64,000 nt of DNA from Octopus bimaculoides (Eukaryota): NCBI RefSeq assembly GCF_001194135.2, contig NC_068984.1, positions 126,448,455 through 126,512,454 on the forward strand, given 5' to 3'. A program made the position numbers and the translations under genes. Positions 13,574-26,430 of the stretch are shown in pieces (within the stretch, counting starts at the first letter, position 1; each line of letters begins with the position of its first letter). The notes under the pieces were generated by a model. The model was given only the letters and a program-made list of their open reading frames with translations. It made no database searches and was not told the DNA's origin.

Positions 13574-14462
13574 AATAATAATAATAATCCTTTCTACTAT
13601 AGGCACAGAGTCTGAAATTTGGTGGAAGGGGCATAATAATGATAATAGCAGCAATAACAATATAGAACAACAAAATAAGAACACCAAAGGATCCCTAAAA
13701 TAGGGGAAGGTGATTACATTGGATGATTTAGGACATACTACAGACGAACCTTGATTACTGATTTCTAAATTATATAGAAGACTACAAGTTTATGAGGAGT
13801 GAATAATTGATCAAATTGACTTGAAATTTGTATTTTGATTAGTCCTCTAATAATTCTTCTATTCACTGTCCTAATATTAGCAGTGATGATGATGATGATG
13901 ATGATGAAAATAACAATAATGATGATGATGATTTTTTTTCTCAGTATTTTTTCAACCTTCATGTCAATTTCAAGCAGCAACTCACTTATTTCTTTTGAGT
14001 TGCCGTCAAGCTAAACAGTATTGTTACATACATGTGATAATACTTGACGAATCCAGAAGAATTCAAATGTATTGATTGAATATAATTTTTTTTCTTTTTT
14101 TTTTTCTGTTCAACTATTTCCTGACAATCATTTATCAAAAGGTTTAATCTCATGTCTTCTGGGGAATCAAGAAAAAGAACACTTAATCCAAGTGATAAAA
14201 CAACAAGTTTGATGTTATTCAAACATATATACATGGCAGCTTTTAGGTCAAGAAACTATCGATAAACATCCATGTAATACAACTTGAGCCTTCAGGAGAC
14301 AATCTGTAAAAGCAGTTGTTAAAGAGGACGCAACATGGAATATACCAATGCATTCAGATCCTTTAAGCGTTTGAGGATTATAGAGTTTGTCCTTTCTTTG
14401 TTTGGTAAAAGATGTCTGTTATAAAGGATGCTTATCAGTTGCGTTGAATGTTTAATAACCTT

Positions 14463-14863
14463 GAGTGGCTGTGTGGTAAGTAGCTTGCTTACCAACCACA
14501 TGGTTCCGGGTTCAGTCCCACTGCGTGGCACCTTGGGCAAGTGTCTTCTACTATAGCCTCGGGCCGACCAAAGCCTTGTGAGTGGATTTGGTAGACGGAA
14601 ACTGAAAGAAGCCCGTCGTATATATGTATATATGTGTGTATGTATTTGTATGTCTGTGTTTGTCCCCCCCCAACATCACTTGACAACCAATGCTGGTGTG
14701 TTTACGTCCCCGTAACTTAGCGGTTCGGCAAAAGAGACCGATAGAATAAGTACTAGGCTTACAAAGAATAAGTCCTGGGGTCGATTTGCTCGACTAAAGG
14801 CGATGCTCCAGCACGGCCACAGTTAAAAGACTGAAACAAGTAAAAGAGTAAAAGAGTAAAGAG
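14463..14863 (+). mobile_element. SINE family A, near-intact reference copy
   Basis: A-box TGGCTGTGTGG, B-box GGTTCAGTCCC, central TA/TG microsatellite, (AAAAGAGT)n-like tail; CpGs retained. More than 20 related copies or fragments, e.g. 17590-17998, 19735-20075, 28665-28985, 35585-35925, 60665-61015, 63700-63965. Confidence 0.92.
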
Positions 14864-15042
14864 TACTGTGTATTGACGCTGCTATGATTTTAGTATTGGA
14901 CCACTACACTGTTGTATACTGTACTGGTCATGTTGACTGACCCTGGTTTCACTGACCATAACACCATTGAGACTGTTAACATCTCACATTTGCATTATAT
15001 TCTTGGTGTTTTTGTTATTGTCATTTAAGTTTGCATTTTCGT

Positions 15043-15225
15043 AGATGCTGGTGTGGCTGTGTGGTATGAAGTTTGCTTCTTGGTCACATGGTCCTGGGTT
15101 CAGTTCTGTTGTGTGGCACTTTGGGCAAGTGTCTTCTACTTATAGCCCAGGGTCAACCAAAGCCTTATGAATGGATACAGTAGATGGAAACTGAAAGAAG
15201 CCTTTCATGTGTGTGTATGTGTCTG

Positions 15226-15272
<47 letters not shown>

Positions 15273-15499
15273 TTGTGTCCCTTTGTCTTTATATCAGATA
15301 ATAGTTGTAAATGATTGCCACTGTCATTCATTTCCAGTATTTTGCAAGAATGTGTCTGGCCATGTGTCTGGAAATATTACCTTGTTTGGGAACAAGTGAA
15401 GGTTAACAACAGGAAGGGCATCTGGCAGTAGAAAATCTGCCTCAATAAATTTATCTAATTCATGCAACTATAGAAATGTGTGTTAAAATACTGATGATG
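15043..15499 (+). mobile_element. SINE with head A and tail B ending (GAT)n
   Basis: Head and core match 14463-14630; tail differs and ends TGCAACTATAGAAATGTGTGTTAAAATACTGATGATG. Confidence 0.85.
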
Positions 15500-15659
15500 G
15501 GATCAATTTTTTTTTTTCTTTTACGCTTCTCAACTTGTAACTGTCTTTATAAGAATGTTTGTTTCTCTGTCATTTATTTCTGCTCATTTGTTTTTTTTTT
15601 TTTAAAGAATCCATTTTTACTAGAGTGCAATCTCTCTCTACTCATACACTATGATTTAA

Positions 15660-15861
15660 CCCCTTAGCATTCAGATTAAGTATAATGCTTATTTATTCAA
15701 ATTGGTTTGAATTAATCATGCATTATCTTGCTGCTTGTAGGTTACAGTGATGTGATAATATACTTTTAGAATGGTAGGTGTGAGAAGTTGAATTTGGTCA
15801 ATTTGAACATGAAACTTGTAGAATATTTAGGCCTGGTATGGCCAGTTTAAATGTTAAAGGG
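15660..15861 (-). mobile_element. TTAA-flanked piggyBac-like MITE, family 1
   Basis: TTAA at 15656-15659 and 15862-15865; TIRs CCC(C/T)TTAGCATT / AATGTTAAAGGG. A partial copy lies at 47665-47746. Confidence 0.8.
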
Positions 15862-16099
15862 TTAAAAGGAAAGGGGAATGATGTGTAGCAGGATGTAAGT
15901 GATGGAAGCATGGGGAAGGGAGATATTCTATATGTACAAAATGAATCCTTTCCACTCAGTTGTGAGAGGCATGGCATGGTGATTAGAAGGGATGATGAGG
16001 ACATGAGAAGGTTTAGGTTAGACACAGCATTTAAGAGAATAGATTGGCAATAAATAGTGGGGTGTATATACAAAACAATAACCAAGGGAGGAGTATATG

Positions 16100-16530
16100 T
16101 ATTAAGCTTGTGCAGAAGATCAAGTCTCCTGCAGTACCATGCATCACCAGCTGACATGAACTTGTCATCTTCTTCATTAGATGTAACATCTTGAGATCAT
16201 TTATCATGACCTTATCCCAGGTCTTCCTCAATCATCCTCTTCCACAGACACCATTCCTTTTGAGCACTCCGTATTTGCATATGCAGCTGTCATCCTCCAT
16301 TCATATCACCTACCCATATCAGCACAACAATCTCCTCCTCTCTACACTACACCTGATTCCTATTATATCCAGTTTGTCTCCCACTTCATTTATACTTTGC
16401 TGCTCATGCTCACTAACATGGCACATCCAATGAAGCATGTTTCATTTTTTTTTCTAACCTTTGCATGTCTTTTGCATTAAGGCATAAATCTCACTGCCAT
16501 GTAGCAGTGCACTTCATGAACAAGGAATCA
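16100..16530 (-). mobile_element. RTE-clade LINE 3' fragment
   Basis: Minus-strand peptides such as RKTWDKVMINDLKMLHLMKKMT; overlaps in homology with 3808 and 33540. Confidence 0.8.
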
Positions 16531-16604
16531 TGCAATCTGTCACCTTTGTATTTTCAGAAATGAAGTGGAAGGGTATTGTGCATGTCTGTAGCTAAAACCT
16601 CTAC

Positions 16605-16754
16605 CTGCCACCATAAAGCTGTCTGTAGTGAACCACGAAACAAAGTCAATGAATGTGTATAGAAATAATGTACACAATGAAATTGCTGAAAGATGAACTA
16701 TCCTTCCACTTTGGGTAATGGAGCACACATTTAAATATTCCAAAATTCCGAAAG
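16605..16754 (-). CDS. Candidate 150-nt internal coding exon (hydrophobic peptide), gene unidentified
   Basis: Long polypyrimidine tract plus TAG acceptor, GCAG|GTAGAG donor, phase 1-1, one open frame: FGILEYLNVCSITQSGRIVHLSAISLCTLFLYTFIDFVSWFTTDSFMVA. No homology recognised. Confidence 0.3.
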
Positions 16755-18068
16755 CTATTTGTGGGTGAAAAGGAGAAAAGAAAAACAAAATCAAGTAATC
16801 CTGGAAGAAATCACCTTCCAAGTGCAGCTTTGGGAAACATAACAATCCGCAGCAAACAACATCAGTGTTGATAATAATAATTTTTAACATCGGCACAACA
16901 GCAGAAATTCGTGGGTTGGTGAACAGTCAATGATATTGATCCTCAGTACAAGACTGGTGTTTTATTTCATTGACCTCAGTAGATGATAAAAGGCAAGATT
17001 GACCTCTGTGGGATTTAAACTCAGAACGTAAAGGACCGTAACTAAATACCGAAAGGCGTTTTGTTTCATGCTCTAGTACTTCTGCCTAATCCACTACCCT
17101 AAAAGTAATAACACCAACAATCTCATCAACAGTAACAACAACACTTTGTTTGTTCAAGCATTCTGAAATTAGAAAAAAAAAATTTAGTTTTCTATTTTAA
17201 AGCAGTTTTGGAACTAATAAAATGGAAATTATATTTTTCTCCCTTACAAGTTTTTGTGATAGTTCTTTGCATTTATCATCATCATCATCATAATAATAAT
17301 AATAACAACCCTGTTATTTTAATACCATTGTTTTCCAAATCTGTTTACTACTGTTATGGTTGGACACTTGAAATCTGGAACATTGTCAGGTGATCTGTTT
17401 TCTACTAATCCATTGGTTGTACGCTAACTCTTATATTCTACAGAGGATTAGTGAAGACCAAAAGTGTCAACAAAGATTAGTGGAGACTCTAAGTGTTAAA
17501 AATGTTCAAGTGAAGAATCTGTTCCAGAAACTATGGACAACTTTTCAGAAATCTCCAGCCTAACATTATTGCTTTAAAATATACTCCATAGGTATGACTA
17601 TATGGTTAAGAAGCTTGTTTTGCAACCACATGGTTTTGGGTTCAGTCCTACTGTATGGTAGCTTGGGTAAATGTCTTCTACTATAATCCCTGACTGACTA
17701 TTGACTTGTGTGAGTGAGTTTGGTAAGCAGAAACTGTGTGGAAGTCTGTCATGTGCATCTGTGTGTGTGTGATTGAGTTTGTGTTTCCTCTCTGTTTGAC
17801 AGCTGGTGTTGGTTTGTTTGCATCCCTGTAAGATAGCAGTTTGGCAAAAAAGCCTGATGGAAGCACCAAACTTAAAAATTAAAAAAAATTTTAAGCACCA
17901 GACTTAAAAATTAGTACTGGGGTTGACTTGTCCAACAAAACTTTTTCATGGTGGTGCTCCAGTATGGCTGTAGTCCAATGACTGAAATAAGGAAAAGAAA
18001 AAATAGCTAAACTTGACCGAGTTACAGAACTATGAAAGCATTTGGCATATACCTGTTCAGTGTCCAAG

Positions 18069-18321
18069 GAGGAGCATGGCTTAGTGGTTAGGGTGTTGGA
18101 CTCATGATCGTAAGGTTGTGGTTTTGATTTCCTAGACTGGGTGACGTGTTGTGTTCTTGAGTAAAACATCTCATTTCTTATTGCTCCAGTTCTATCAGTT
18201 GCCAAAAATGAATAATCTTGTGATGGACCAGCATCCCATCTAGGTGAGAAATTTATACATCATGGAAACCGAGAAACCGGCCCTTATGAGTCGGCATGAC
18301 TCAAGGAAGTATCTTTAACTA
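18069..18321 (+). mobile_element. SINE with head E and a third tail type
   Basis: Perfect 13-bp TSD TTCAGTGTCCAAG at 18056-18068 and 18322-18334; tRNA-like A and B boxes. Confidence 0.88.
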
Positions 18322-18867
18322 TTCAGTGTCCAAGAATTATTAACATGTGAAGTTATGTCGTATGTGGGACAGATCTAGCTATCAGCTGAATCCATCAAGA
18401 AAATTTCTCTGATGTCTCTGTCACCTTCCTTTGTTTTGAGAGGAAGGTTAAGATAGAGAGGAAGAACTACTGTTCTCCAGTGAATACAGTTAAAGATGGG
18501 TGAGAGACTTATATGGACGGGCTTACTTTCAACATACACTTGTAAGCTAGAGAGCGAAAGTGGGAGAAGGCACTTTCTCTTGATTGTCAGGATAAACCGG
18601 GATCTCTTTTGGTGGTGGTGGTTATGCTAGGAAGGTGCTTTGATTGCTCCTAAGTGCTATCCTCTTATTGGGATGTCTTATTCTATTCATTTTGTATGCT
18701 ATTGTTTTCCAAATCTTTTTTCCAACTTTTTTTTATATAATCAATTCTGTTTAAACTCCAACACAATTTTTATAATTTATCCTTGTAATGTTCCCCCCAT
18801 CCATCATCTTTGTTAGAAATGTTTATTACTATTGTTGTTGTTGTTGTTACTGTTACTATTATTATCC

Positions 18868-18900
<33 letters not shown>

Positions 18901-19290
18901 GCATTACATTATTATTGATAACGGCATCCCATTTTCTAATTTTATATTTGAGAATCAATTTAGTTGCTGTCATTTTTTTTGTGGCCTCTTTTCTTTTTTA
19001 GAAATTTTTATTGCAAGTCATGCTGCTTCTCAGATTGTCAATAAAATATTTCTAAAAATTTAATTATTTTTGAATTTGTGAAGAAATTAAGTGTTAGTAA
19101 TTATCCTTTATAAAATTTGCAGTATTTTTTTAAAAATTCTTTTCTCATTTTATTTGTTGTTGATTTCTTGTTCACTTTGATATCCAGCTTATCAAATCCC
19201 ATTATATATATTTGTGGATCAATATAAATACTCCTGGAACATCCCTGCTCCCTTGTTCTTATAATTATTATTCAATATGCTGGATGTAAT

Positions 19291-19362
<72 letters not shown>

Positions 19363-20927
19363 GCACACATACACATATTGTATGTATGTATGTTGAAGTA
19401 AAGTATGCCATGCTATATCATGCATACCAAACGAAGCCGAAATGTACCAAACTCTATCTTGGCTAAGCATCAATTTGTAATGAATGTTGAAACAAACTAA
19501 GCATTAACTATGTTAAACCTCACCCTTTTCCAGGAGGTGGGTCTGAAAAACCAATCAGTACATCCGCTCCTTGGGCTAACCAGCTTCAAAAAAAAAAAGC
19601 CTAAAAAAGCTTGTATGGTTACATTCAAATATAACTTTCCTTCTCATTCTGTTATACAATCAGAAGAAGTAATTAACCTAATATTAACAAAGAATGTTAA
19701 CGAATATAAACAAAAGGAATACTTCCGTATACATTTTATCTTCTACATTTTTCAGTCATTGTACTGTGGCCATGCTAGTGCACCACCATGAAGGGGCTTA
19801 GCTATAGAAAATGACTCCAATACTTATTTGATGTGTCTGTTTTACCAAACTGCTAAAGTATTGGGACATAAACAAACCAACAGTGGTTGTCAGTTGGTGG
19901 AGAACAGACATAAATACAAAGACGCACACACACAAGATGGGCTGCCGTCTACCAAATCCACTCACAAGGCTTTGGTTGTCTGGAGCTATCATAAAAGACA
20001 CCTGCCCAAAGTGCCCTGCATTGAGACTGAACCTGAAACCATGTGGTTGGGAATCAAACTTATCACACAGCCATACCTGTGCCTATATATGTAGTTATTA
20101 TTTACACCTATTTTGTATTACTATGATAATCCCCAATACTGTTATAACTACCAGTAGTACTATAGTTACCGATAATTACTAAAGCCAATAGTATTAATTA
20201 TCAAAGCCCCAATAACAACTCTAACCAATGTTGCTAACTACAACAACAACTTTAGCCAATATACAGTCATGAGGCCTGCTATAAATAGCAACTAAATCTC
20301 CCTCAGATTACACCCTACTGTCTTAAATTGGAGGAATATACAGGATGATGTTAGTTACAAAACATAATAATATTGGCTTGGGAAAATGATGGAATGATGA
20401 TGGACAGAAAGTCTTTGATCAGAGGTCTAGACATGGGAATAATCAACATATGTAGCCATTCATACTAAGTACTATAACTCCTACTAACTACTATAGCCAC
20501 TAACATTTAGTAAGATAACTGCATGAGTTACCTAGGAAACCTCTGCATGGTTATTCAACCAGCTAGAAATAGCAGCCAAATTTCCTTCTTATCATAAACT
20601 CATTAACATCATCAGGTATTGACTGCTTTCAACAGGTTAAATACTATTGGATTATTATCTTGGGCTTTCTTATCTCAAATTGCAATATTCTCTCATCTTA
20701 CTTGGAAATAGGTGAGGGTTGGCAACAGGAAGGGTATCCAACTGAAGAAAACCTGCCTCAACAAATTGTCTGACCCATGCAAGCATGAAAAATTAGACGT
20801 TAAACGATGATGATGATGAAGATGAAGATGATGATGATACACAAACTTACAGTTTGACTAAGCCATCACTGGCAAAACTTTGGAATCAATGTCATCAAGC
20901 TACAATAAGTATCTATGAATTTGGAAA

Positions 20928-20969
<42 letters not shown>

Positions 20970-21024
20970 CAAGCAAATATGTATTTACATATATCTGTAA
21001 ATATTCATAATTGTTTAGACTTCA

Positions 21025-21218
21025 CTGGTGCTGGTGCCATATGAAAAGCACCCAGTCCAGTCTGTAAAGTGGTTGGCATTAGGAAGGGCGTCTAGCCATG
21101 GAAACCATACCAAAACAGACGGTGGAGCTTGGTGCAAGTCTTCTGGCTTGCCAGCTACTGTCAGGCCATCCACCCCATGCCAGCATGGAAAATGGATGTT
21201 AAATGATGATGATGATGT
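21025..21218 (+). mobile_element. Family C repeat 3' part ending (GAT)n; also 44160-44480(+), 48960-49290(-), 12690-12826 plus 13164-13260(-)
   Basis: Shared GGTGCCACGTAAAAAGCAC-type units followed by GTAAAGTGGTTGGCATTAGGAAGGGC...CCCATGCCAGCATGGAAAA. Confidence 0.8.
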
Positions 21219-21224
21219 TTAGTG

Positions 21225-21500
21225 CATCCACTTCTCCACCCATCCATCTTCTTCACCCACTGGTCATGAAAGGGTCATGGAGATAGTGTCCTCAGGCATT
21301 CCTCCATAGCACCCTATCAAGCAACCATCATTATGCTTTCCTGCTGGATTTCCAAGTATGACCAACTGAGACTATGGATATTATCCAACCATTACATTCT
21401 TTATCTACCTGAAGAATCCATCTTGCAATTCTTTTCTGTGACATTCTAATCATATGTTCATAATACCAGAGCTGGGTCTTCTCAATGTGGAGAAATAGCA
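21225..21500 (-). mobile_element. Expander-like RTE LINE 3' end
   Basis: Peptide LLFLHIEKTQLWYYEHMIRMSQKRIARWIL; ends in GAAGAAGATGGATGG, resembling the GATG-type tail of Expander elements. Confidence 0.65.
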
Positions 21501-21739
21501 GCTCAACCTGGATGTGTAGTATTTGAATTGGTTGAATTAGGAGAGTGTCAGATAGAATGCTTTGCACACATTTCCCTTATTGCCTGGTCTCTGAGTTCAA
21601 ATCCTATGAAAGTTTACTTTGCTTTTCAGACCTTTGGAGGTCAATAAAATAAAATACAAATCAATTATTGCTTTGATGATTTTGACTTGCTCCTCCTCTC
21701 AAAAGTTGCTGGCCTTATGTCTTAAGCAGTGTGTGTGTT

Positions 21740-23110
21740 TGTGATTGAATACTTGTGTGTAGGTGAGTGTATGAATGTATGTGTGAGTATTTGCAAATGT
21801 GTTTAACAGTATGATGTTATACATATGTATGTATACATGTATGTGTGTGTATGTAAGATACATGTGTAAGAGTGTCTGTGAATTTGTGCATGTGTCTGTT
21901 TGTATTTGTATGCACATGAGTTTATGCGTTTATGTTTATACATACATGTGTGTGTGTGTGTGTGTGTAAGGTGTATATATGAAAGTGTGTGCCTGACTCT
22001 ATGCATATGTACATAAAGGGTAAATTCAGGAATTGAAAGAAAATGGTGATGTTCTGTGTCAGTATCTATTAGTCAGTAGGAGGGTTAGATGTCTTCATTT
22101 ACCACTTGGAATACAGAAGCTAATGCTTCAGGCCTTGTCACTTACCTGAGAGCGAGAAAAGGAAATAGAAGTGGGTGGTGATTTTTTTCTCCTTTCCTCA
22201 ATCTCAAATGAAGGGCAAGTCCTGAAACTTAGGTTCTACATATCTCATGACAAATGAATTTTGCTATCCAATTGTCATGTGTGTGTGTTTGGATAAGTAC
22301 GTGTTGATATGGTACACATATAAGGGTGTGTATAAGTGTATGTAAATGCATGTGTCTGTGGTATACATATAAGGGTATGTTCAAGTCTCTGCGTGCATGG
22401 ACAAGTGTGTAAATGTATGTATCTATGGCATACTTGAGGCTGTGTATGAGTCTCTGCATATATATATGAATCTATGTATACATGTGTGGAGATATGTATG
22501 TGTATGATAAAAGTGTGTATGGGTCTATACATGTGTGTGTATGATATACATGCAAGAGTATATATAATTCAGTGCATATGTAAATGTGTATATGTGTGTG
22601 TATGATATATATGAAAGATTGTGTATGATTCTATGCATGTGTATGTATCATTCTGCATATAAGGTATACATGTAAGAATATGCATAAACCTATATATATC
22701 TCTGTATGCATATGTGTGTATGAGTCTGTGCAAATGTATGTATACATAAATGTGACATGCATGTAAGAGTGTATATGTATATTCATAAACATGTGTATAT
22801 ATGTTATGTATATAATCATCTATGTATATATGTATATGCAATTGCATATACAACAGGCATTTAAGAATGTATATGAATCATGCAGGCATGTATATACATG
22901 TGTATACATATGTGTATACATATGAGTGTGTATATGAGTCTGTAATTGTGCATATACTACATGTGTGTCAGATATACATATAAGAAAGTGTATGAATCAT
23001 TCTTATGTTTATATATGTGTATATGTATGTATAATATACCTGTAAGAGTGTATGAGTGTATGCATGTGTGTATATGAAATACATGTAAGAGAGTGTGTGT
23101 GTGTGTAATG
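21740..23110. repeat. Long degenerate TG/TA/CA low-complexity tract (similar tract at 45530-46240)
   Basis: Direct reading; source of many spurious His/Thr/Tyr-rich ORFs. Confidence 0.9.
22146..22221 (-). other. Candidate 76-nt exon or recursive splice site
   Basis: Minus strand TTTCAG|G...CTTCTATTTCCTTTTCTCGCTCTCAG|GTAAGT; the donor is itself preceded by a polypyrimidine tract and CAG. Confidence 0.3.
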
Positions 23111-23742
23111 TGTAAGAATAAATGAATAACACAAGAAATGAATGTTTTTCTCTTCTTGTTAAGGAAAATTGTGCCTGCAGCTGCTTGGGCAATTATTTCG
23201 GTGTGTGTCAGCCATCATCAATGTAAATAGGCATCATTGTCTGGCATCTGCATCAGAAGAGACATTCTATATAGACATCGCTCTACATTATCTCATTTCA
23301 AGCTTTCATCTATTAATTTTAATAACAGTAAGAACCACAACCACACAAGTAGCATCAGCAGCAACAACAATAACAACAACAATATCAAAAGCGATGGCAG
23401 TGATAGTAAATTAACTCTTCAGCCCTACTTGCAGATCTCCAGCACACTTCTTGCTTCTTCTCCAAACTATTGCTTGCCCCAAACATTTAGAACTCTTTTC
23501 TCTCCATAGCTCATAAACTTATTCATTTTTTGGCAACTTTTAACTCTTTTGATTCCAGTTTGCCTGAAATTGCTTTTGGTTCCATGATACAAACTGTGTA
23601 TTTTAATGTGGTCGAAATTAAAACCACACCATAGCTTGACAACTGATGTTGGTGTATTTATATCCCTGTAACTTAGCAGTTCAGCAAAAGTGACAGATAA
23701 AATAAATACTAATTACAAAGAATAAGTCCTGGGGTTGAAATA

Positions 23743-23960
23743 CCAAGGTGACGAGCTGGTGGAATTATTAACATGCTGGGTAATATGCTTTAGGGTACTT
23801 CACCTGTTTTAACACTCTAGGTTTAAATTCTGTTGAGGCTGATTTTGCCTTTCATCCTTTTGGGGTCAATAAAATGAGAACCAGTCAAACACTGGGGTCG
23901 ATTTAATTGACTTACCCCTCCCCTAAATTTCTCGGCCTTGTGCCAAAATTTGAAACCAAT
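23743..23960 (+). mobile_element. SINE family D, full-length, tail variant GGCCTTGTGCCAAAATTTGAAACC
   Basis: Aligns with the reverse complement of 43897-44107 and 61213-61429. Confidence 0.85.
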
Positions 23961-24201
23961 TTATGTTTCATATAGCAGCTTAATAAGGACAAAGTCATTT
24001 TACTGTATTCTTCATTATCTTCAAAATTAATTGAGTCAAAAGAAGCGCATTTCAATAAAAATTTGGTAACAAAAGTTATAATTTTACAGACTATTGACCT
24101 AATCTTTGAAATATATAATGTATCTGATGATGATGGTGACTTAGAGTATGTCATAAGAATTTAGAAATTTTGAGAGAATGTGAAATGGTTCTTTTTTTTA
24201 A

Positions 24202-24411
24202 CTGTGGAACTCAAAGTAGGTAAAGTTATGAATAATATTGGGCTAAAAATCTTTAAGATAGAAAAAGTTGAAGGTTGCCTGTGGGACATGAACTTACATC
24301 TTCTGTAAACATGACAAACCACAGGCAGCCGTTGAATTTTTTTGTTTGAAGAGTTTTAACCCAATATTTACTTGCTATAATTTAAAGCTTTATCTACTTT
24401 GAGTTTCACAG
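24202..24411. mobile_element. Foldback (palindromic) MITE flanked by TTAA
   Basis: Arms of about 100 bp are reverse complements (CTGTGGAACTCAAAGTAGGTAAAG vs CTGTGAAACTCAAAGTAGATAAAG); TTAA at 24198-24201 and 24412-24415. Confidence 0.85.
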
Positions 24412-24839
24412 TTAAAAATGAGTTATATTTAGTATGGTTCTTCTGAGTTCAAATCCTGCTAAGGTTGACTTTGCATTTCATTCTTCTAAGTTTGATGAAA
24501 TCAGTACCAGTTGAGTATTGGCTCATCTGACTGAATCAATTATATCCATCCATTCCAACAAATTTTAGTCCTTGGCTTTAAGTTAGAAACCAGTATTTAT
24601 ATTTACACCACTTTACAGTTGGTTTGTTTACCAAGTCTTATTCCTGATATGTACATGGTTCCAGACTAGATTTAAACTAGGAAATAAGAATAAAAACTCT
24701 TGAAAATAATCAGTGATAGAACTGATCAAAATGTAGTTTAGAAATAAATACTTTAAATAGACAGTCTGAAGATGAGTTAGATATTCGAGATGAAAATAGT
24801 TTTCATGATTTCAAATGTAGTCTGTAAGGCCAAACATTG

Positions 24840-25037
24840 TAACCTTTTTGATACAAATCTGTCTGAGATATGATCCAAATTTTCTGTTTTAAAGTGATCT
24901 AAATTAAAACCTTCCATCACAATTTCATGTTAATTTATGTTTCAAACACCAATTTAGTAATGACAAATTTATTTTACTAAATTCTTCCTTATTTTCAATA
25001 TCAATTTAAATGATTCAAATATAGTAGCAAAAGGATT
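24840..25037 (+). mobile_element. piggyBac-like MITE family 2; also 23960-24078, 47100-47312(-), 63384-63614
   Basis: Four mutually alignable copies; termini CCCTTTTGTTAC / GTAACAAAAGGG plus TTAA where preserved. Confidence 0.7.
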
Positions 25038-25259
25038 AAGGATGGGTTATAATTGATTATGACAACCCAGTACTTTGTCGTACTTTACTGACACTTATTA
25101 ACACTTGTGGGGGTTGAACTCAGAACGTAATGACTTGTAACTAAATATTGCAATGACATTTTTGGTATAGTATTTCCTCTGAGTGTCTAAACTCATTTGA
25201 TCAAATTCAGAATTGAATTATTAACATGGCGAGTCCACATCTTTCTATTATATTGAAAT

Positions 25260-25560
25260 CTTTGGCTCATCATTGAAATGTATCTTCGTTGTGTCTTTTG
25301 TTTAAGTATTTCCATAGTCATTGCTTTAATAAACACTCTGGTCTCATACTCTCTTTAAATGTGCCATCCATTTCTTTTCCCAGGTTCATCATTTTTCTGT
25401 AGAACTTAGTCTTAAGTCCTTTTATTCTAATAACTTCTTTCCTTGAACTGTTGCTTCATGGAACTCATTACTATCATCTTGTTTATCTTTGAACTATTCA
25501 CTCATTCAAGCTTTCTGTCAATCAACATTTTTGAATTTGTAGGCCATTTCCTTTCTTTCT
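25260..25560 (-). mobile_element. Possible highly decayed RTE-like LINE fragment
   Basis: Frameshifted KWMAHLKR / RPECLLKQ resembles the WxxHxxRM region; weak. Confidence 0.3.
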
Positions 25561-26397
25561 TTGTAGTTCCTTACATTGCAGTGACCTCAAGCCTTGTCTA
25601 AGACAAAATCATATAAAACAAAATGTGGTTTAAACATTACAAGGAGGCCATTGTTGTTGTTTAGCTACATGACAGCTCTGATATGGCAGACCTGTGATCA
25701 AAGATGTTTCATTGATAACAATTCCATCTTTTATTCAAACATAGCATACTTGATTTAATATCTTCTTATTATATATATATATATTTTCTTTTTGAAGATA
25801 ACAGATAGAATGAGATTTGAGGAAGCTCTGGCTATTTCTAGCTGGTTATATAACTATATTGAATAATCACCTAGAGGCTTTCTCAATGGCATGACAATGA
25901 GCTTGCTGTTTGGAGATGGTAAGACAGGTCATGTATTTTTATAGTAGATTAATATTCCTCACGGCTGCTACAATACTTACCAAACTTACTATTCTAGCTA
26001 CTAATTAATTCATTGATTAACTTATATGGAGGTTTTGTGTCTGGAAATTCCATAAGAGAACAACGATATCATTGTAGTTTGATGTTGATCATTTCCTGGA
26101 GTGCAGGTGAGAAAGAAACAAGACCTTTCTTATAGAGGCAGGTTTTCACTTTCAGACTCAAATTTCTCTCTGGTGCTTCGGATGGAATGGTAATAGCTTG
26201 TCAGGGGTGTAGGGTAGATTTCATAATACAGGAGAGAATGGGGGAGGAAGGGGTAAATGTGAGGGAATTGGAGGAGGGGGTTTCGACTAGAATGAACACA
26301 AGCAATACAGGATTAACCATTCTTTTAGTCTTATCTAAATATAAGAATTGGAGAGAAGAGAAAATTATTTTTCTCTCAGTGTCATAAACTTTCACAG

Positions 26398-26430
<33 letters not shown>

